Shown here: positions 35,244 to 47,048 of the stretch, one piece after another
Layout of the letters: every line of letters starts with the position of its first letter
How positions within the stretch are numbered: position 1 is the first letter of the stretch
NCBI GenBank assembly: GCA_032718475.1
Contig: JAUCBJ010006743.1
Coordinates: 1-64,000, forward strand
Direction: 5' to 3'
From: Nemertoderma westbladi
Lineage: Eukaryota > Animalia > Xenacoelomorpha
Length of the DNA stretch: 64,000 bases
Notes under the pieces: generated by a model
Database searches by the model: none
Told to the model about the DNA's origin: nothing
Seen by the model: only the letters and a program-made list of their open reading frames with translations
Made by a program: the position numbers and the translations under genes

Positions 35244-37404
35244 AGTCGGGTCTATTCACCCCCGCCTCTCCCTCTGCTATTGCGTGGCCTTCCAGGCCCT
35301 CTGCTCCCTGTCTACCAACTACGTGGCCTACCAGGCCCTCTGCTCCCTGTCTACTAACTACGTGGCCCGACGTGTTTACATTAATAGCACCCATATTGGA
35401 AACGGAATTAATTTGCTCATTTGAAACAAAATCATTTGTATTATTCTGCGCGACTACGTTATCTGAATTATTTTGTAAATTCGGGCTAAGATCATTATTT
35501 GAATTATTCGAATTATTCTGTGTAATTGCGTTATTTAAGTTATTTTGTAGGTCCGAATTCGAGTTATTATTTTGATTATTTGAATTATTTTGCGTAACTA
35601 CATCAATATTAGGATTATTTTCTACATTAACACTGGGATTGTTCTGATTTAAATTTAAATTACTACCACCAGGCAAAGTATTTCCTGTAATAAAGGTTTG
35701 ATTAGCGTTATCCCATACGGTACTATTAATATCAACAACGTCTACTGTACCATTATTATTACCCCCCCCGCCCGTACGGTCGCACCAGTTTTGGGTCTGT
35801 CGTGCGGTCCCTGTCAGTGGAGTATTAATAAATATATCTATGGCCCTCGGCTCCTCAAAAATACTCGAGCCGGCCCCAGTTTCAGACGGCGGTCCCACTC
35901 GCACGTATTCCAACTCGTGCGCCCCTCTAATTATATTTCCCGCATACTCACTCTGCCGTTTCTCTAATTCCTTGCGCTCCTTTTCACTCTCTGCCACTAT
36001 CCCCTCACGCTCCTGGGTGTCCTTGATGGCCGAGTCTGCGGCACTCTTAATGCTCTCCCTTCGTCTCGCCCCACGCTCTTTGCGTTCCTTTTCCTTTCTC
36101 GTCTCATATTCCTTGCGTTCCGCCTCACGCTCCTTCCGTTCCCTTTCCTCTCTCGCCTCACGCTCCTTGCGTTCCTTTTCCATTCCCGCCTCACGCTCCT
36201 TGCGTTCCGCCTCACGCTCCTTGCGTTCCTTTTCCATTCTCGCCTCACGCTCCTTGCGTTCCGCCTCACGCTCCTTGCGTTCCTTTTCCTCTCTCGCTTC
36301 ACGCTCCCTACACTCCCTTTCCTCTATCTCATCATACTCCCTTAGGCTTTTCAAAGCCCTTTCGGCCCTTTCTCCGGTTTCTCTAAGCAATACCGTTTCC
36401 CTCTCTAACCGCACTCTTCCCTCCTCTAGCCGTTCCTTCATTTCTCTCTGACCTTGCTCTGCCATGCTGAGACGGTATGCGGCTCCTATTTTTCTCACCG
36501 CTCTTTCTTTCGCGGAGGATGTAGCAGACTTATCGGTTACGACCGACTTCCCCCGCCTTCCCGACCTACTAACTTTCTCCCACTTCCCGGAGCTTTCTCC
36601 GACCGACGAGGCCGAATCCTCGGTGTTAACCTCGGATTCGCCCTCTTCAGGTCCCTTCCAACCCACTGGTTTCACTCCCCGGGCATCGACCAAGTATGGC
36701 CCTATGTACACTGGCGCTACGCTAGGTTCCATACTCCCACACTCCCATAGTTCAAACAGTTCGCCGGCTATCCTTTCTGCTCTCTCCCCGGCCAGTTCTC
36801 TCTGCCCAAAACGTATTAGGTAATTTAAGTGTTTATCCGACTCACCTAGTCGCTTTCTCAGTCTCACCTCGTCTACCTTCGCCCCTTCCTTCTTGGCGTC
36901 GTTTATCAGCTTCCGGGTCGCGTTGTAGGCCCGTCGAAGTCGCTCAGAAACCCCGACGTCCTCGTCGCCGACCTCTCCTCCGTCCCTCCGGGTCCGACGT
37001 CGTACCGGCGGCTCCACCGTCGCCGTTCCGGTGGGCCGTCCGTCGCCCTCGGTCTGTAGCTGGCCGGCGACATCGGTACCGATCTTTCCTCCGTCTCTTC
37101 GTGTCCGGCGTCGCACCGTCGGCCCCACCGATTCGGTGGGCCGCTCGTTGCCCTCGGCCGGTAGCTGGCCGGCGACATCGGCGCGCCGTCCTCCGTTTCG
37201 TGTCGACTCATCTCCTTCTCCCTCCGTCTCGCTCTCTCTCTCTCTTGGCTCGACTTCGGGTTCCAGGCCCTCCTCGTCCTGGACTTCCGGTTCGCCCGTT
37301 ATCGATGGCTCCGGCGTCGTGGGCCTGTATCGTTTGGTCGCGGCCTCGCGGATCGTTAGGTCTTCGTCCGGGGTCCGCGTCGGTGTCTCGCCCGATTCGC
37401 TCAT
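35131..37404 (-). CDS. element B upstream Gag portion (coiled-coil ERKEREAE repeats, Asn-rich tract), separated from gag-pol by a +1 shift at a G10 run
   Basis: 757-aa ATG-initiated ORF starting 117 nt after the 5' LTR and overlapping gag-pol. Deleting one G of 35159-35168 fuses SEWGG-ATSTPQQ. Confidence 0.8.
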   Translation of the reverse strand: MSESGETPTRTPDEDLTIREAATKRYRPTTPEPSITGEPEVQDEEGLEPEVEPRERESETEGEGDESTRNGGRRADVAGQLPAEGNERPTESVGPTVRRRTRRDGGKIGTDVAGQLQTEGDGRPTGTATVEPPVRRRTRRDGGEVGDEDVGVSERLRRAYNATRKLINDAKKEGAKVDEVRLRKRLGESDKHLNYLIRFGQRELAGERAERIAGELFELWECGSMEPSVAPVYIGPYLVDARGVKPVGWKGPEEGESEVNTEDSASSVGESSGKWEKVSRSGRRGKSVVTDKSATSSAKERAVRKIGAAYRLSMAEQGQREMKERLEEGRVRLERETVLLRETGERAERALKSLREYDEIEERECREREAREEKERKEREAERKEREARMEKERKEREAERKEREAGMEKERKEREAREERERKEREAERKEYETRKEKERKERGARRRESIKSAADSAIKDTQEREGIVAESEKERKELEKRQSEYAGNIIRGAHELEYVRVGPPSETGAGSSIFEEPRAIDIFINTPLTGTARQTQNWCDRTGGGGNNNGTVDVVDINSTVWDNANQTFITGNTLPGGSNLNLNQNNPSVNVENNPNIDVVTQNNSNNQNNNSNSDLQNNLNNAITQNNSNNSNNDLSPNLQNNSDNVVAQNNTNDFVSNEQINSVSNMGAINVNTSGHVVSRQGAEGLVGHVVGRQGAEGLEGHAIAEGEAGVNRPDCGRVDVSTREIYSSGARGSEVRCSEWGGGYEHPTTES

Positions 37405-37520
37405 CTCGTCTGGTCGGTGGAGTTCGGCTAGCTAGCAGTGTAGTTCTTAGAGTTTAACTGGGGCGGCAGCTCGGATTTAGTTACTGAGTTTAGCTGGGGA
37501 AGCAACACCGTTTTAGTTAC

Positions 37521-38058
37521 TGTGACGGGATCCAGGAGGGATCCCGATTTATCCGATGTGGTATTTAGTCCACGCGTCCCCGCCGTGTATAAGAGTGAAA
37601 TAAAGATAGCTGAGTTCTGAAGTTCGGTGTATAATAAGAGGTTATAAGATATAGATATATTGTGAATGTGTACAAGGCGGGATACGGTAACTAAAGTCCC
37701 GTGATCCCCTATCTAAACTAATTGGCTGTACCCTACGCTAGCACTGCTGCACTGAGATAACTGAATCACTGATTAATAGGTTATTGGTTATATTGCACGG
37801 TGGCCTTACTGCTACTCAATCGATGCCATTCCCCCCTCTGATTGGTTAATACCCTTGTTGGCGCCCCGTGGAGTATTCCCGTTCACTCCACCTGTTCTCT
37901 CTGGGTTAGGGGTTTGGCCCCTGACCCTCTATTGTGTGCTTCCTTCCCACTCTTATTGGGATTGGCACGAGTTGGTTAATTGCCCAATCTCGCGGCTCCC
38001 AATATTGCTTATCGGCTAATAACTTTATGGGGTGTTGGCGGGATTGAATAAGCTAACA
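37521..38058 (-). repeat. 5' LTR of element B (538 bp)
   Basis: Direct repeat of 23814-24350; several CCAAT boxes on the element's sense strand. Confidence 0.96.
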
Positions 38059-38628
38059 AATAAAGGATCTGCAAAGAAAAGAACCCAATGCTATATAATT
38101 TGACCTTATTAAAAAATTTGCACTTTTGCACACTTATTTGTACAAGTGCACTTCAGCAGATCGTAATGGTGGCTCTTATTTAACAAACTTATGTTTATCC
38201 TCTACCGATCTACGATGGTGTATGATCAAGTGTCAGTCACTAAAAGTGTAAAAAATCTAATTTAATAAATCGCGACATTTGCGATTTTGGACCATTTTCA
38301 TGGGCATTTTAAGTCACTTTATATACATAAAAAGTTAAACAAATGTTACGATTATAGTTAGAAACCACTCCAAACGACATTTTAATCCAAAAAATAACAT
38401 TATACGATGAATGGAACTGGAAATAATAGTGTTTGAAATATCGAAAAAATGTGTACTTTTTAAGTGCATTATGCACTAAGAGCACATGCGTCTTTTCCCA
38501 AGTTGTATCCTATTTCACACACTACAATCTATCCTCTACCCAATGAAAAAAGTTTCAGATCAAACGGTCCAGTAGAACAGAAGTTATTGATGTTTAAAAA
38601 TAATCACTCGAAAATTTCAAATTCTCTT

Positions 38629-38701
38629 GGTCACGTAGTCTAGTGGTAATCAATCACGTTAACGATACTTAAGTTCGTGGGTTCGAAACCCAATATGACC
38701 A
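38629..38701 (+). pseudogene. degenerate tRNA-like sequence (tRNA pseudogene or SINE head)
   Basis: 73 nt with GGTCA/TGACC acceptor-like pairing, TAGTCTAGTGG A box and GGGTTCGAAACCC T arm; anticodon arm poorly paired. Confidence 0.55.
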
Positions 38702-40866
38702 TTCTTAATTTTTTGCAAAAAAAATATTTTTAATTTTTGACTAAATTTCGGTTCTGGTGCTCCAAATTCAATAAAATTGGTATATTCTTTGCCGTAATTT
38801 TTTTTTCTATCTTTTGAGAGGGGGTATTTTTGGCCCCAAAAAAAATGAAAAAAAAGGGCCAAAATTACGCGATATTTTTCGACCCTTAAAACTCGTTTTT
38901 TTAATTATTTTATATTTTACATTTTACAGGAACTTTTGGCGCAAAAAGTTAAATTATAATGTAATGGCGATTTATTAAAAAAAAATTTTTTCGTCCCTTT
39001 TTTATAAGTAGTATATTTCACACGATCGTCTGCCGCTTCAGTTATATAATAGCTATGGCACTGTAACTACCGTTGAAAGATAGATAATTTGACGCTCTAT
39101 GAGACTGTTTAAATAAGTCTCCCAGACCTTATGTATTTTTCGAGCTAGACGAGTTCCCGCGAAGCGAGTTTGAAGCGTGAAATTATAATTTGGGCCCTAA
39201 TTTTTTTAATATCGTTTGCGCGGCAAAACCAATCGAATATTTGGATTCCCCGTATCGTTATTAACCGTATAAAATGTACTTTAACCTTCAAGAGTCAAAA
39301 ATAAAAAAGTTGTTAGTTATAAACTTTTTATTATTTTATGGCCCTTTTTGGACCCCTTTGCCTACATATTTTTTGTACCCCCATTCGATAGGAATGTAGC
39401 CCCTGTGGTCTTCTACGCTTTCCGAAAAAGAATTGGCAGATTCCTACTAGCGTTGTCGAATTAAAAATTTTGGAAATAATAATTATGTAAAAAAGATGGA
39501 AAAAACGGACAAAGTTACGGCCCCTTTTTCCACCCGAAATATTAATAAATATCTTACCCCCATTCGATACGAAGGTAGTACCACTCTTCCCCTTTCCAAC
39601 CGCGTTAATTTCGTCCCCGTACGATTAATATTAGCCGAGTCAGAGCGGATCCCGCAAAGCCATTTTGTCCGTTTTTTCAACTTTGACGGACAATTTCGGG
39701 AAAAAGGCGTGGTAATCTTTTTTGAAAAAAAAAAACGAATTCACTAATTAATCCCTTCTATCGTATCCCGGCGTCGGTTAAGCAATAACCTAGGGTTTTT
39801 CGAGCCACTGTAGAGCGCCTTTCAAAAATTTTTTAAAATTGTCAAAAAAATGACGGTTTTTTGTCCGCCGTGTCCGTCGAGGGGATAGATTTGCTAATGT
39901 TAGAGTGGCTAATATCTTAGAATTCCGAGTCGCTCCCCTGGTGCGAAAATAAAAAAAATTTGTTTGTTCCTTCATCGAAAAGTCCCCCAGAATCCCAAGT
40001 TAACCTATATAGTTAGCGATGGCCTGCGGCTTTAGGAGCGGCCGCGGTATTCACCTCCCTCATAGCGGCCGCGGCGGTGTTGCGTCAAATGGAGAAATAT
40101 TTATCCCACCTAGAATAAATTAAACATCACAGGACATTACTTTCGCCGTGAGGAGTAGCCCTTGCATGATCTTGTGCTTTAGCTCCTCACTTAGACAATA
40201 AGCATGGTGCACATGCACAGCCCATAACATTCTTGAGACGCCTCGTAAAGGACACTGGCCTTGAAAATAATCTCGCGAGAAGTCATGGGTGATATGGAAT
40301 TGTTCAGTGTTTAAATCTCCGAAACCCTTTTATTTTTATAAAATTTATTACTTAGACTTACCTTTTCGGCGGACAAAATGTCTTATATTTTTCGTAATTT
40401 ATGGGATAGCCTATTTCGTGCAATACTTACCGGAACCTGTAGTTACTGTATGGTTTGGTGTAGTTTTTCCTGTGGTAGTTGGGTTGGGATATGTAGCACT
40501 AAAATCGATTTGGTATTTTGTTTTTTGATGGGACTTAGTGCCTGAGTACTAACAGTGGCCCAAGTGGCCCTAAATGCTAGGTAGTATCTGAGGGAATAAG
40601 ACCACATGTCCTATTTTATTGTTTTCATATGGAATTGTGGCGGCGCAATTTTGTCGATAAACCGCTAAATAGCATTATTAATGCGACTGCAGTGTAGTGA
40701 GCCGATAGGTAGATGAATAAACTTTTCACGCTTGACATCAACCATATTTGAAATCAGCCTAGAAGATTTGCAACCCTCGTTTTTGGAATTTATTCGATTA
40801 TTCTCGTGACTTGGAACTGTTATTATAAATAAATAATTTGCACCCAAATATAATTAATTAGTTATA

Positions 40867-41351
40867 TATATGGGTCAAAATGTGGCCAAACTTAAGATGG
40901 GATTTTCGTCATTTTTCTTTCAAAACCGATAAACATATATAACATCCGAAAGATATTTTTAAGGAGAATTTGATGAGCACGGTGGTCAGCTATTAAAATT
41001 CACTTCACTAATTCTATTTGGGTTTTAAGTTAAGGAGGGGGGGAATTTTACGCTCTTTCAAATGGTATATAGATATCAACATTATTTGGTTCATTAACAT
41101 TATAAAATTCAAATGCTTTTAACTTATGTATTGAGTGTCTAAACTGGAGAATCTGTGTTTTTTCAAATTCGCGCAGATATTCTGAAAAATGAATACAAGG
41201 TAGCGTTGCAAAAAAATGGTGTTCAATAACCCGAAAAATTCCCGTCATTTTAAAATATAAATTATTGGAAATGATCGAGGAAGTCAAAAGTTACGGCGTG
41301 TCTAATGTTTTTGTTTAGTTTTGGCCACTTTTAGTCATTTTGACCCACATA
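40867..41351. mobile_element. MITE (non-autonomous DNA transposon) in TA-rich site
   Basis: TIRs TGGGTCAAAATG(TGGCCAAA) at 40871 and (TTTGGCCA...)CATTTTGACCCA at 41336-41347, flanked by TA runs. Confidence 0.65.
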
Positions 41352-41482
41352 TATTATAGTAGGGCCTAATTATAATCAATAAGTACGGTAGCGGTATAGG
41401 ATTGAACAACATAACAATAAATATGTAACACCATAGCCAGACAGACAGGTAAATAAATCAGTTATATGGACGCGTTAGTTTA

Positions 41483-42415
41483 TTAGCCTACCCGGATGTT
41501 GGGGTTGGCTCTGGGATCCAGGAAGGGGTCGTCATTGGCTACCGCCCGACCATAGCTGCTCATTATGTAAACCAAAGTAAGGAACCCGACCAACACGAGG
41601 ATCAGCGTCATAACGAACCGCTGCCTGTGACGGGCCGAGCTGGCCCGGTATATTCCACGGTTCACGCGCGACTTCAGCCACCGCGAGAGGAACACCAACG
41701 GCCCCTTACGCTTGTATTTACTCTCTCCGTCTTCCTCACCGTCGCCCACATCCACGAGACTCGCCGTGTCCGCGAACGAGTCATGCGACTTCCGTTGCAA
41801 CCCGAGGTGTGACGTCACTTCCGGTTTACTAGAAGGATTCCCGAAGCCGTCCGGTGGAATGTTGATAGAGGTATTTCCCGATTTCAACGTGGGGTTTATC
41901 ACCGCGATGTTTCGGTTGGGTTGGGTGGCGGCGTTGGGCGCCAGGGGTTGCTCGGAGTAGGGAGTGCTGAAGGCCCCACCGACCGGGGCCGTTGGGGGCG
42001 CCTCGATGAGGGGCAGACCCAGCCCGGGGCGCGCCCAATTAGCCGTAATCAGTTTCTCTTTTAGGGCGTCGGCCACAGGAGAAACGAGATTCGCCGGGGG
42101 AAACAACTTTACTTGGCACAAGCGGCACGTGTAACCGGCTGGTGCGGTAGTACCGGGGAGACTCGCGAAATAGCGCTCAGCGCAGTCCCAATGGTAGACG
42201 TGGTAGCAGACGAGACGGACAGTCTCACCCTCGGACAGGGTCCCGTTGCAGACCCCGCAGCTTGAGTTGTAGTCGCTGTCCTGGAGCCACTGTAAGTAGG
42301 ACTGGATGACGCACCGGGGATGGTTGGCCACCAAGCAATGTTCACACACGTTGACTCGATGTTCGAAGCAGAATAGATTGGTTACCTTGCGTTTCGGACA
42401 CTTGCAGAGACCCAT
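41483..42415 (-). CDS. ZFPL1: zinc finger protein-like 1 (cis-Golgi membrane protein), single coding exon, 310 aa
   Basis: Signature N-terminus MGLCKCPKRKVTNLFCFEHRVNVCEHCLVANH...SYLQWLQDSDY; RING/PHD-like Cys-His domain; TAPAGYTC; KYKRKG; C-terminal TM helix; DDPFLDPRANPNIRV. Confidence 0.96.
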   Translation of the reverse strand: MGLCKCPKRKVTNLFCFEHRVNVCEHCLVANHPRCVIQSYLQWLQDSDYNSSCGVCNGTLSEGETVRLVCYHVYHWDCAERYFASLPGTTAPAGYTCRLCQVKLFPPANLVSPVADALKEKLITANWARPGLGLPLIEAPPTAPVGGAFSTPYSEQPLAPNAATQPNRNIAVINPTLKSGNTSINIPPDGFGNPSSKPEVTSHLGLQRKSHDSFADTASLVDVGDGEEDGESKYKRKGPLVFLSRWLKSRVNRGIYRASSARHRQRFVMTLILVLVGFLTLVYIMSSYGRAVANDDPFLDPRANPNIRVG

Positions 42416-43874
42416 TATAACGTTGTACAAGGTTGCGAGTTGAAGAAATTAACTAACACACTAATTGACTAAATGCCCAATACAGTCTGACAGTAGCCTA
42501 CTGCAGTAGAGTCTACTAGTTTGGCTCCGATATAATATGCCTAATGCAAAAAAGTATACCGGTCCGGTACCCTACAAAATTGTATGATCCAAATAATTTT
42601 GAGTTGAACTAAATAAAGCTTTAAATGGAGTGGAACTAGTACCGGTACCAGAACAGGCTGACAGGTGTGTGCCGTGTGGCAACATCTTTGCACCCATTGT
42701 AGCATTGACTCTTATTGCTGTATCGCTATTCGCGATTACCCCATACCCTTTTGGTTTGGAACTCTCTTCCCTCTAATGTCAGAATGTGGTTGGCGTCGAT
42801 TCCTCATCCACATTTCACAATAAACTCGACCTGTCCTCCCATTGCCAGGGTTCATGGAAATTAACAATGAATAACGTCCACGTATTTTAGTTAATTTATT
42901 TCTATAATATCTATTTCTTTTATAAATAAAAAAAAATTTTCTTATTGTGATAAATGATTTATTTTTACTGTAATAATATAATTTATTTTTACTGTAATAA
43001 TATAATACACTTCTTTGATCCATATTTTAATTAATGTTTCGATCTACAGTACTAAATATGAATAATACTACTATTAATTGTCTGATTTATGTACCATACT
43101 GAATTTTACTCTATAATTTGTTACATATTTTGATAAAAATTATTGCGTATTTTTATTGCATATTTTTTTTTATTTAAATAAATGTTCTGATTAAATTAAC
43201 TAATTTAATTTTTAACAATTTTATTTACTTATTATGCCTACACCAATGTTTCAATGAATGTAATATCTATAAATTCATGTGGATTGCGTAAATATGTAGT
43301 TTTATTGTGTTCTGCATTTCATTTTATTTTGTTTATTAATTAATACATTACTTGGGTTCTATCACATTTGAGGCACAGTGACAAAACACCTTTCCCCAGT
43401 GGCCATTTTTGGACCAATTTGTCTCAAATTTCACACAGACACTCTTTAACCTACTGACCTATATGTAACTTCATAGAAAAAAATTTTAATTAGGTGATTT
43501 TCCGCTTCGAGCAGCACGATAGAAAATCATTAGTTTATGGCATTTTTTTCAAAAAATCAATTTTTGCCTGTTTTCAAATGTGCACCATTTCCTCAATTTT
43601 CCTTCAATTTGCCGGAAAATCTACAGACAGACACTCCAGGTCGTGTATTTAATGTGATGTAAAATTTACGGCTGCAGAGGACGATGTGCCCTTCGCGCAG
43701 CACGTGAAAAAAACTGTATTTTCTAGAAAAATACTTCTTAATTTGACCACTGTCAGTACTACTGCGACTGCCCTGCTAGTACCCTGGTACCAGGCAACCG
43801 CACTACTGCACTACCGGACCGGTACCTACTGCGCTGTAAGTAGGAAAGTAGCACTACATATTGCTGTATTGTCA

Positions 43875-45999
43875 GGTACGTACTAAAAGGTAGAACGATC
43901 TATAACGGGCTATAACGATCTATAACGGGCTATAACTTCCTTATAACAAGCTATAACCACCTATAACGAGCTATAATCTGAAAATTTACAATAAAAAAAC
44001 ATATTTTAGAATGGATTTATTTTCCTAGTCAGTAATTTAATTACGCAATTTTGTTTTTTAGTTCATAATGCTTTTCATCTTTGTGGTATCACGAAATCAG
44101 TCATTACTGCATTAGTCAGCATGCCACTACTGCATTATCTGACTAGACTACAGGACTATCAGACAGTGCAGAAGTGGAGAGGTCTCCCATCTCTCTGTCT
44201 AGTGTCTATTCTCCATCCTGCCTGCCTGCTATTCGCTGTCAGCTTCTGGTCGATATAGAATACAGGAATAGTGAGCAATATTTTTTAGGCCAATAAAAAA
44301 AACTTACCAGTATCAATTAGACATAGGCAGATAGGCCTACCCTAATTTTTAACGGCAGTGATTTTTTATGTCCTTTTATTTGACTATTTTTGTCCTCCTT
44401 TTTTTACGAATTATGCATAATGACTTTTGTTGTCCTTTTAATGACTTTTATTGTCCTTTTAATGACTTTTTATGTATGTATTTCTTCAAACTGTCAGACA
44501 GCTGATTTCTGGACTGTCAGACAGTTGATTTCAACATGCCTATGCCAAAACATTCAAAATTTGTTGATTTCTGGTCTGTCGGACAGTTGGTTTCACTATG
44601 CCTGTGCCAAAACATTCCATGATTCCATGATTTATAGACTATGATATAGAATTCCATATGCGCATGTGGTAAAAGACTCTAAATTTAATAGTTTGTGGTT
44701 GTTGTCGATAATCGATTACCACATGACGTAGCAAATCACTCATTTTATAGCCAAAAACAATTACCAATTGATGGAAAGGAGCAGGTTAAGGCCGGATTTT
44801 CTAACCAAAACAATAAACAGTCACTTTACCAAATCAGGGAAAGGAGCAGGTCACAGTGGCGGGATTTTCTAACCAAAACAATAAACGATCATTTAACTAA
44901 TTGAGGGAAAGGAGCAGGTTACAGAGACGGGATTTTCTAACCAAAACAATAAACGATAACATTACCAATTGAGAGAAAGGAGCAGGTTACAGATGCGGGA
45001 TTTTCTAACCAAAACAATAAACAGTCACTTTACCAAATCAGGGAAAGGAGCAGGTTAAAGAGACGGGATTTTCTAACCAAAACAATAAACGATAACATTA
45101 CCAATTGAGAGAAAGGAGCAGGTTACAGAGGCGGGATTTCCTAACCAAAACAATAAACGATCACTCAATTAATTGAGGGAAAGGGGCAGGTTACAGAGGC
45201 GGGATTTTCTAACCAAAACAATAAACAGTCACTTTACAAAATGAAGGAAAGGAGCAGGTTACAGAGGCGGGCCTTTCTAACCAAAACAATAAACGGTCAC
45301 TTTACCAAATCAGGGAAAGGTGCAGGTTACAGAGACGGGACTTTCTAACCAAAACAATAAACGATAATTTAACTAATTGAGGGAAAAGGGACAGGTTACA
45401 GAGGCGGGATTTTCTAACCAAAACAATAAAGAGTCATTTTACTTTAATTAAAAGGAGCAGGTTACAGATTTTCTAACCACGCGGGATTTTCTAACCAAAA
45501 CAACCGGTCAGCCGGTTGGCCTACCAGTACCGTGTTTAAATGGTAGGCTACACAGTAGGCCTACAGCAGTACCGGTGCCGGTACCGGTACTAAAATACAG
45601 AAATGCGTACTTTATACCTACATCTGTACATACAATACAGCAAAATAGTGCTATATATACTAATACCGGTACTGATAGCCTGATAGAACAGCAGTAGAGA
45701 AACCGGTAGCATGGAACCTAACATTAGATTTTTGGAAGACATAAAAAATAAAAAAAAGGACAAAAAAAGGATTTAAACGGACAAAAAAATTATTGCGATT
45801 TTTAACCTGCGGTATTTTTCAGACCACCGTGTTACTCCAAAAGTTAAACACACCCAAGGGGCGTTTTTTTTAATATAAATTTTCATATTATAGCTCGTTA
45901 TAGGTGGTTATAGCTTGTTTATAGGAAGTTATAGCCCGTTATAGATCGTTATAGGTCGTTATAGCCCGTTATAGATCGTTCTACCTTTTAGTACGTACC
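43875..45999. mobile_element. non-autonomous Mutator/Foldback-type DNA transposon
   Basis: ~100-bp TIRs (GGTACGTACTAAAAGGTAGAACGATCTATAAC...) built from 10-bp CTATAAC subrepeats; perfect 9-bp TSD GTATTGTCA (43866-43874, 46000-46008); no transposase ORF. Confidence 0.9.
44750..45503. repeat. 68-bp minisatellite, ~11 copies, inside the Mutator-type element
   Basis: AAAGGAGCAGGTTACAGAGGCGGGATTTTCTAACCAAAACAATAAAC... at 44840, 44908, 44976, 45044 and onward. Confidence 0.92.
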
Positions 46000-46462
46000 G
46001 TATTGTCACTAATTTCACTAACTTTAATTGACTGAAACTCAATTAAGCTGTGTCCGATTGTTTTGGGTTTTGCAGGAATTGGCAGCTAAAATGCCATCGA
46101 GTGTAAAATTCAATACACGGCGGCAGAACATCTGAATTTCGGTATTAAATTAAATTATTGACAACGACAAGGAGTTCTGTCTCGCACGTTTTTTTTTTCG
46201 ATTACACTATTTTATCTATATAACTAGTTTCCGGTACAATTTTTACAAACTTTTACGAATCTTTAGTACAAATTATGTTATAATAATACTAATAATGAAA
46301 CATCTACAGTAAATATAATGCTTTTTAATCGAAAAACACCATATAACCTTTTCATCAGGTTCTACAGGTAAAAAATGCGATATGCTGTGGATCTTACAAC
46401 CAAACCATCTGCATTAGATCAGATTAAATTTTTAAAATTACAAAGAATTTAATTTACAACAA

Positions 46463-46530
46463 AATGCCACTGTGGTCTGGTCTCGAACCCACAAATAATA
46501 ACCCAGCACCTGTCGGTCGACTGAGCTAAA
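46463..46530 (-). other. degenerate tRNA-derived Pol III promoter-like sequence
   Basis: Minus-strand TAGCTCAGTCG (A box) ... GGGTTCGAGACC (B box); no complete cloverleaf. Confidence 0.4.
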
Positions 46531-47048
46531 ATTGTGCACTTTCTATCTCTAATTTAGTGATAGAAAGTAGTCGAAAGATGTACTTACTCACTCTGTTTTC
46601 TACAAATTTTAGTGAGGATTTTTCACATAAAAATTTGTCACATTAAGGACTCTCTGAGAAAAAATGGCTCGTATATTCGGCTGGCCCGAAGGCGCCTTAT
46701 ATGCCTTTAGGTTAATCCGGCACTGATATAGATGTATTTATTTTTATTATAATAATTTGCATAATTTAAATTATGGACAGACGGGTCGCAACTCGCGATG
46801 TCGGTGCGGTGGAGTGAGGGCGGATCTCTTGGCGAGGGGAGCTGGGCCAAACAGAGGGTGGAATCTATCGATATAGCGATTGTAAACGACCCCTTATGTA
46901 GTCCGGGAGATATTGCATTACCTTACATAGAGATATTTACAGATTTACAGATTTACTGATTCGGGTAGGCCAATTATTGTTGTCATCACTAATCCTACTG
47001 ATGGTCTACACCGGATCTTGACTATAAGCAAAAGCAAAAAATATTTTA

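Larger units (their letters stand above)
23814..38058 (-). mobile_element. near-intact Bel/Pao LTR retrotransposon, element B (14.2 kb), with accessory ORF3
   Basis: Two ~99% identical TG...CA LTRs, a PPT, a long gag-pol with Bel/Pao motifs, and an extra ORF inside the LTRs. Confidence 0.96.

Noticed and set aside
29041-37457. Numerous plus-strand ORFs overlapping element B
   Set aside because: Antisense shadows of the long minus-strand gag-pol with no independent motifs.
38629-38701. Functional tRNA gene
   Set aside because: Anticodon stem and part of the acceptor stem do not pair; kept only as a tRNA-like remnant.
43376-43752. CACAGTG...CACTGT as Transib/RSS-like TIRs
   Set aside because: Match is short and imperfect, with no 5-bp TSD.
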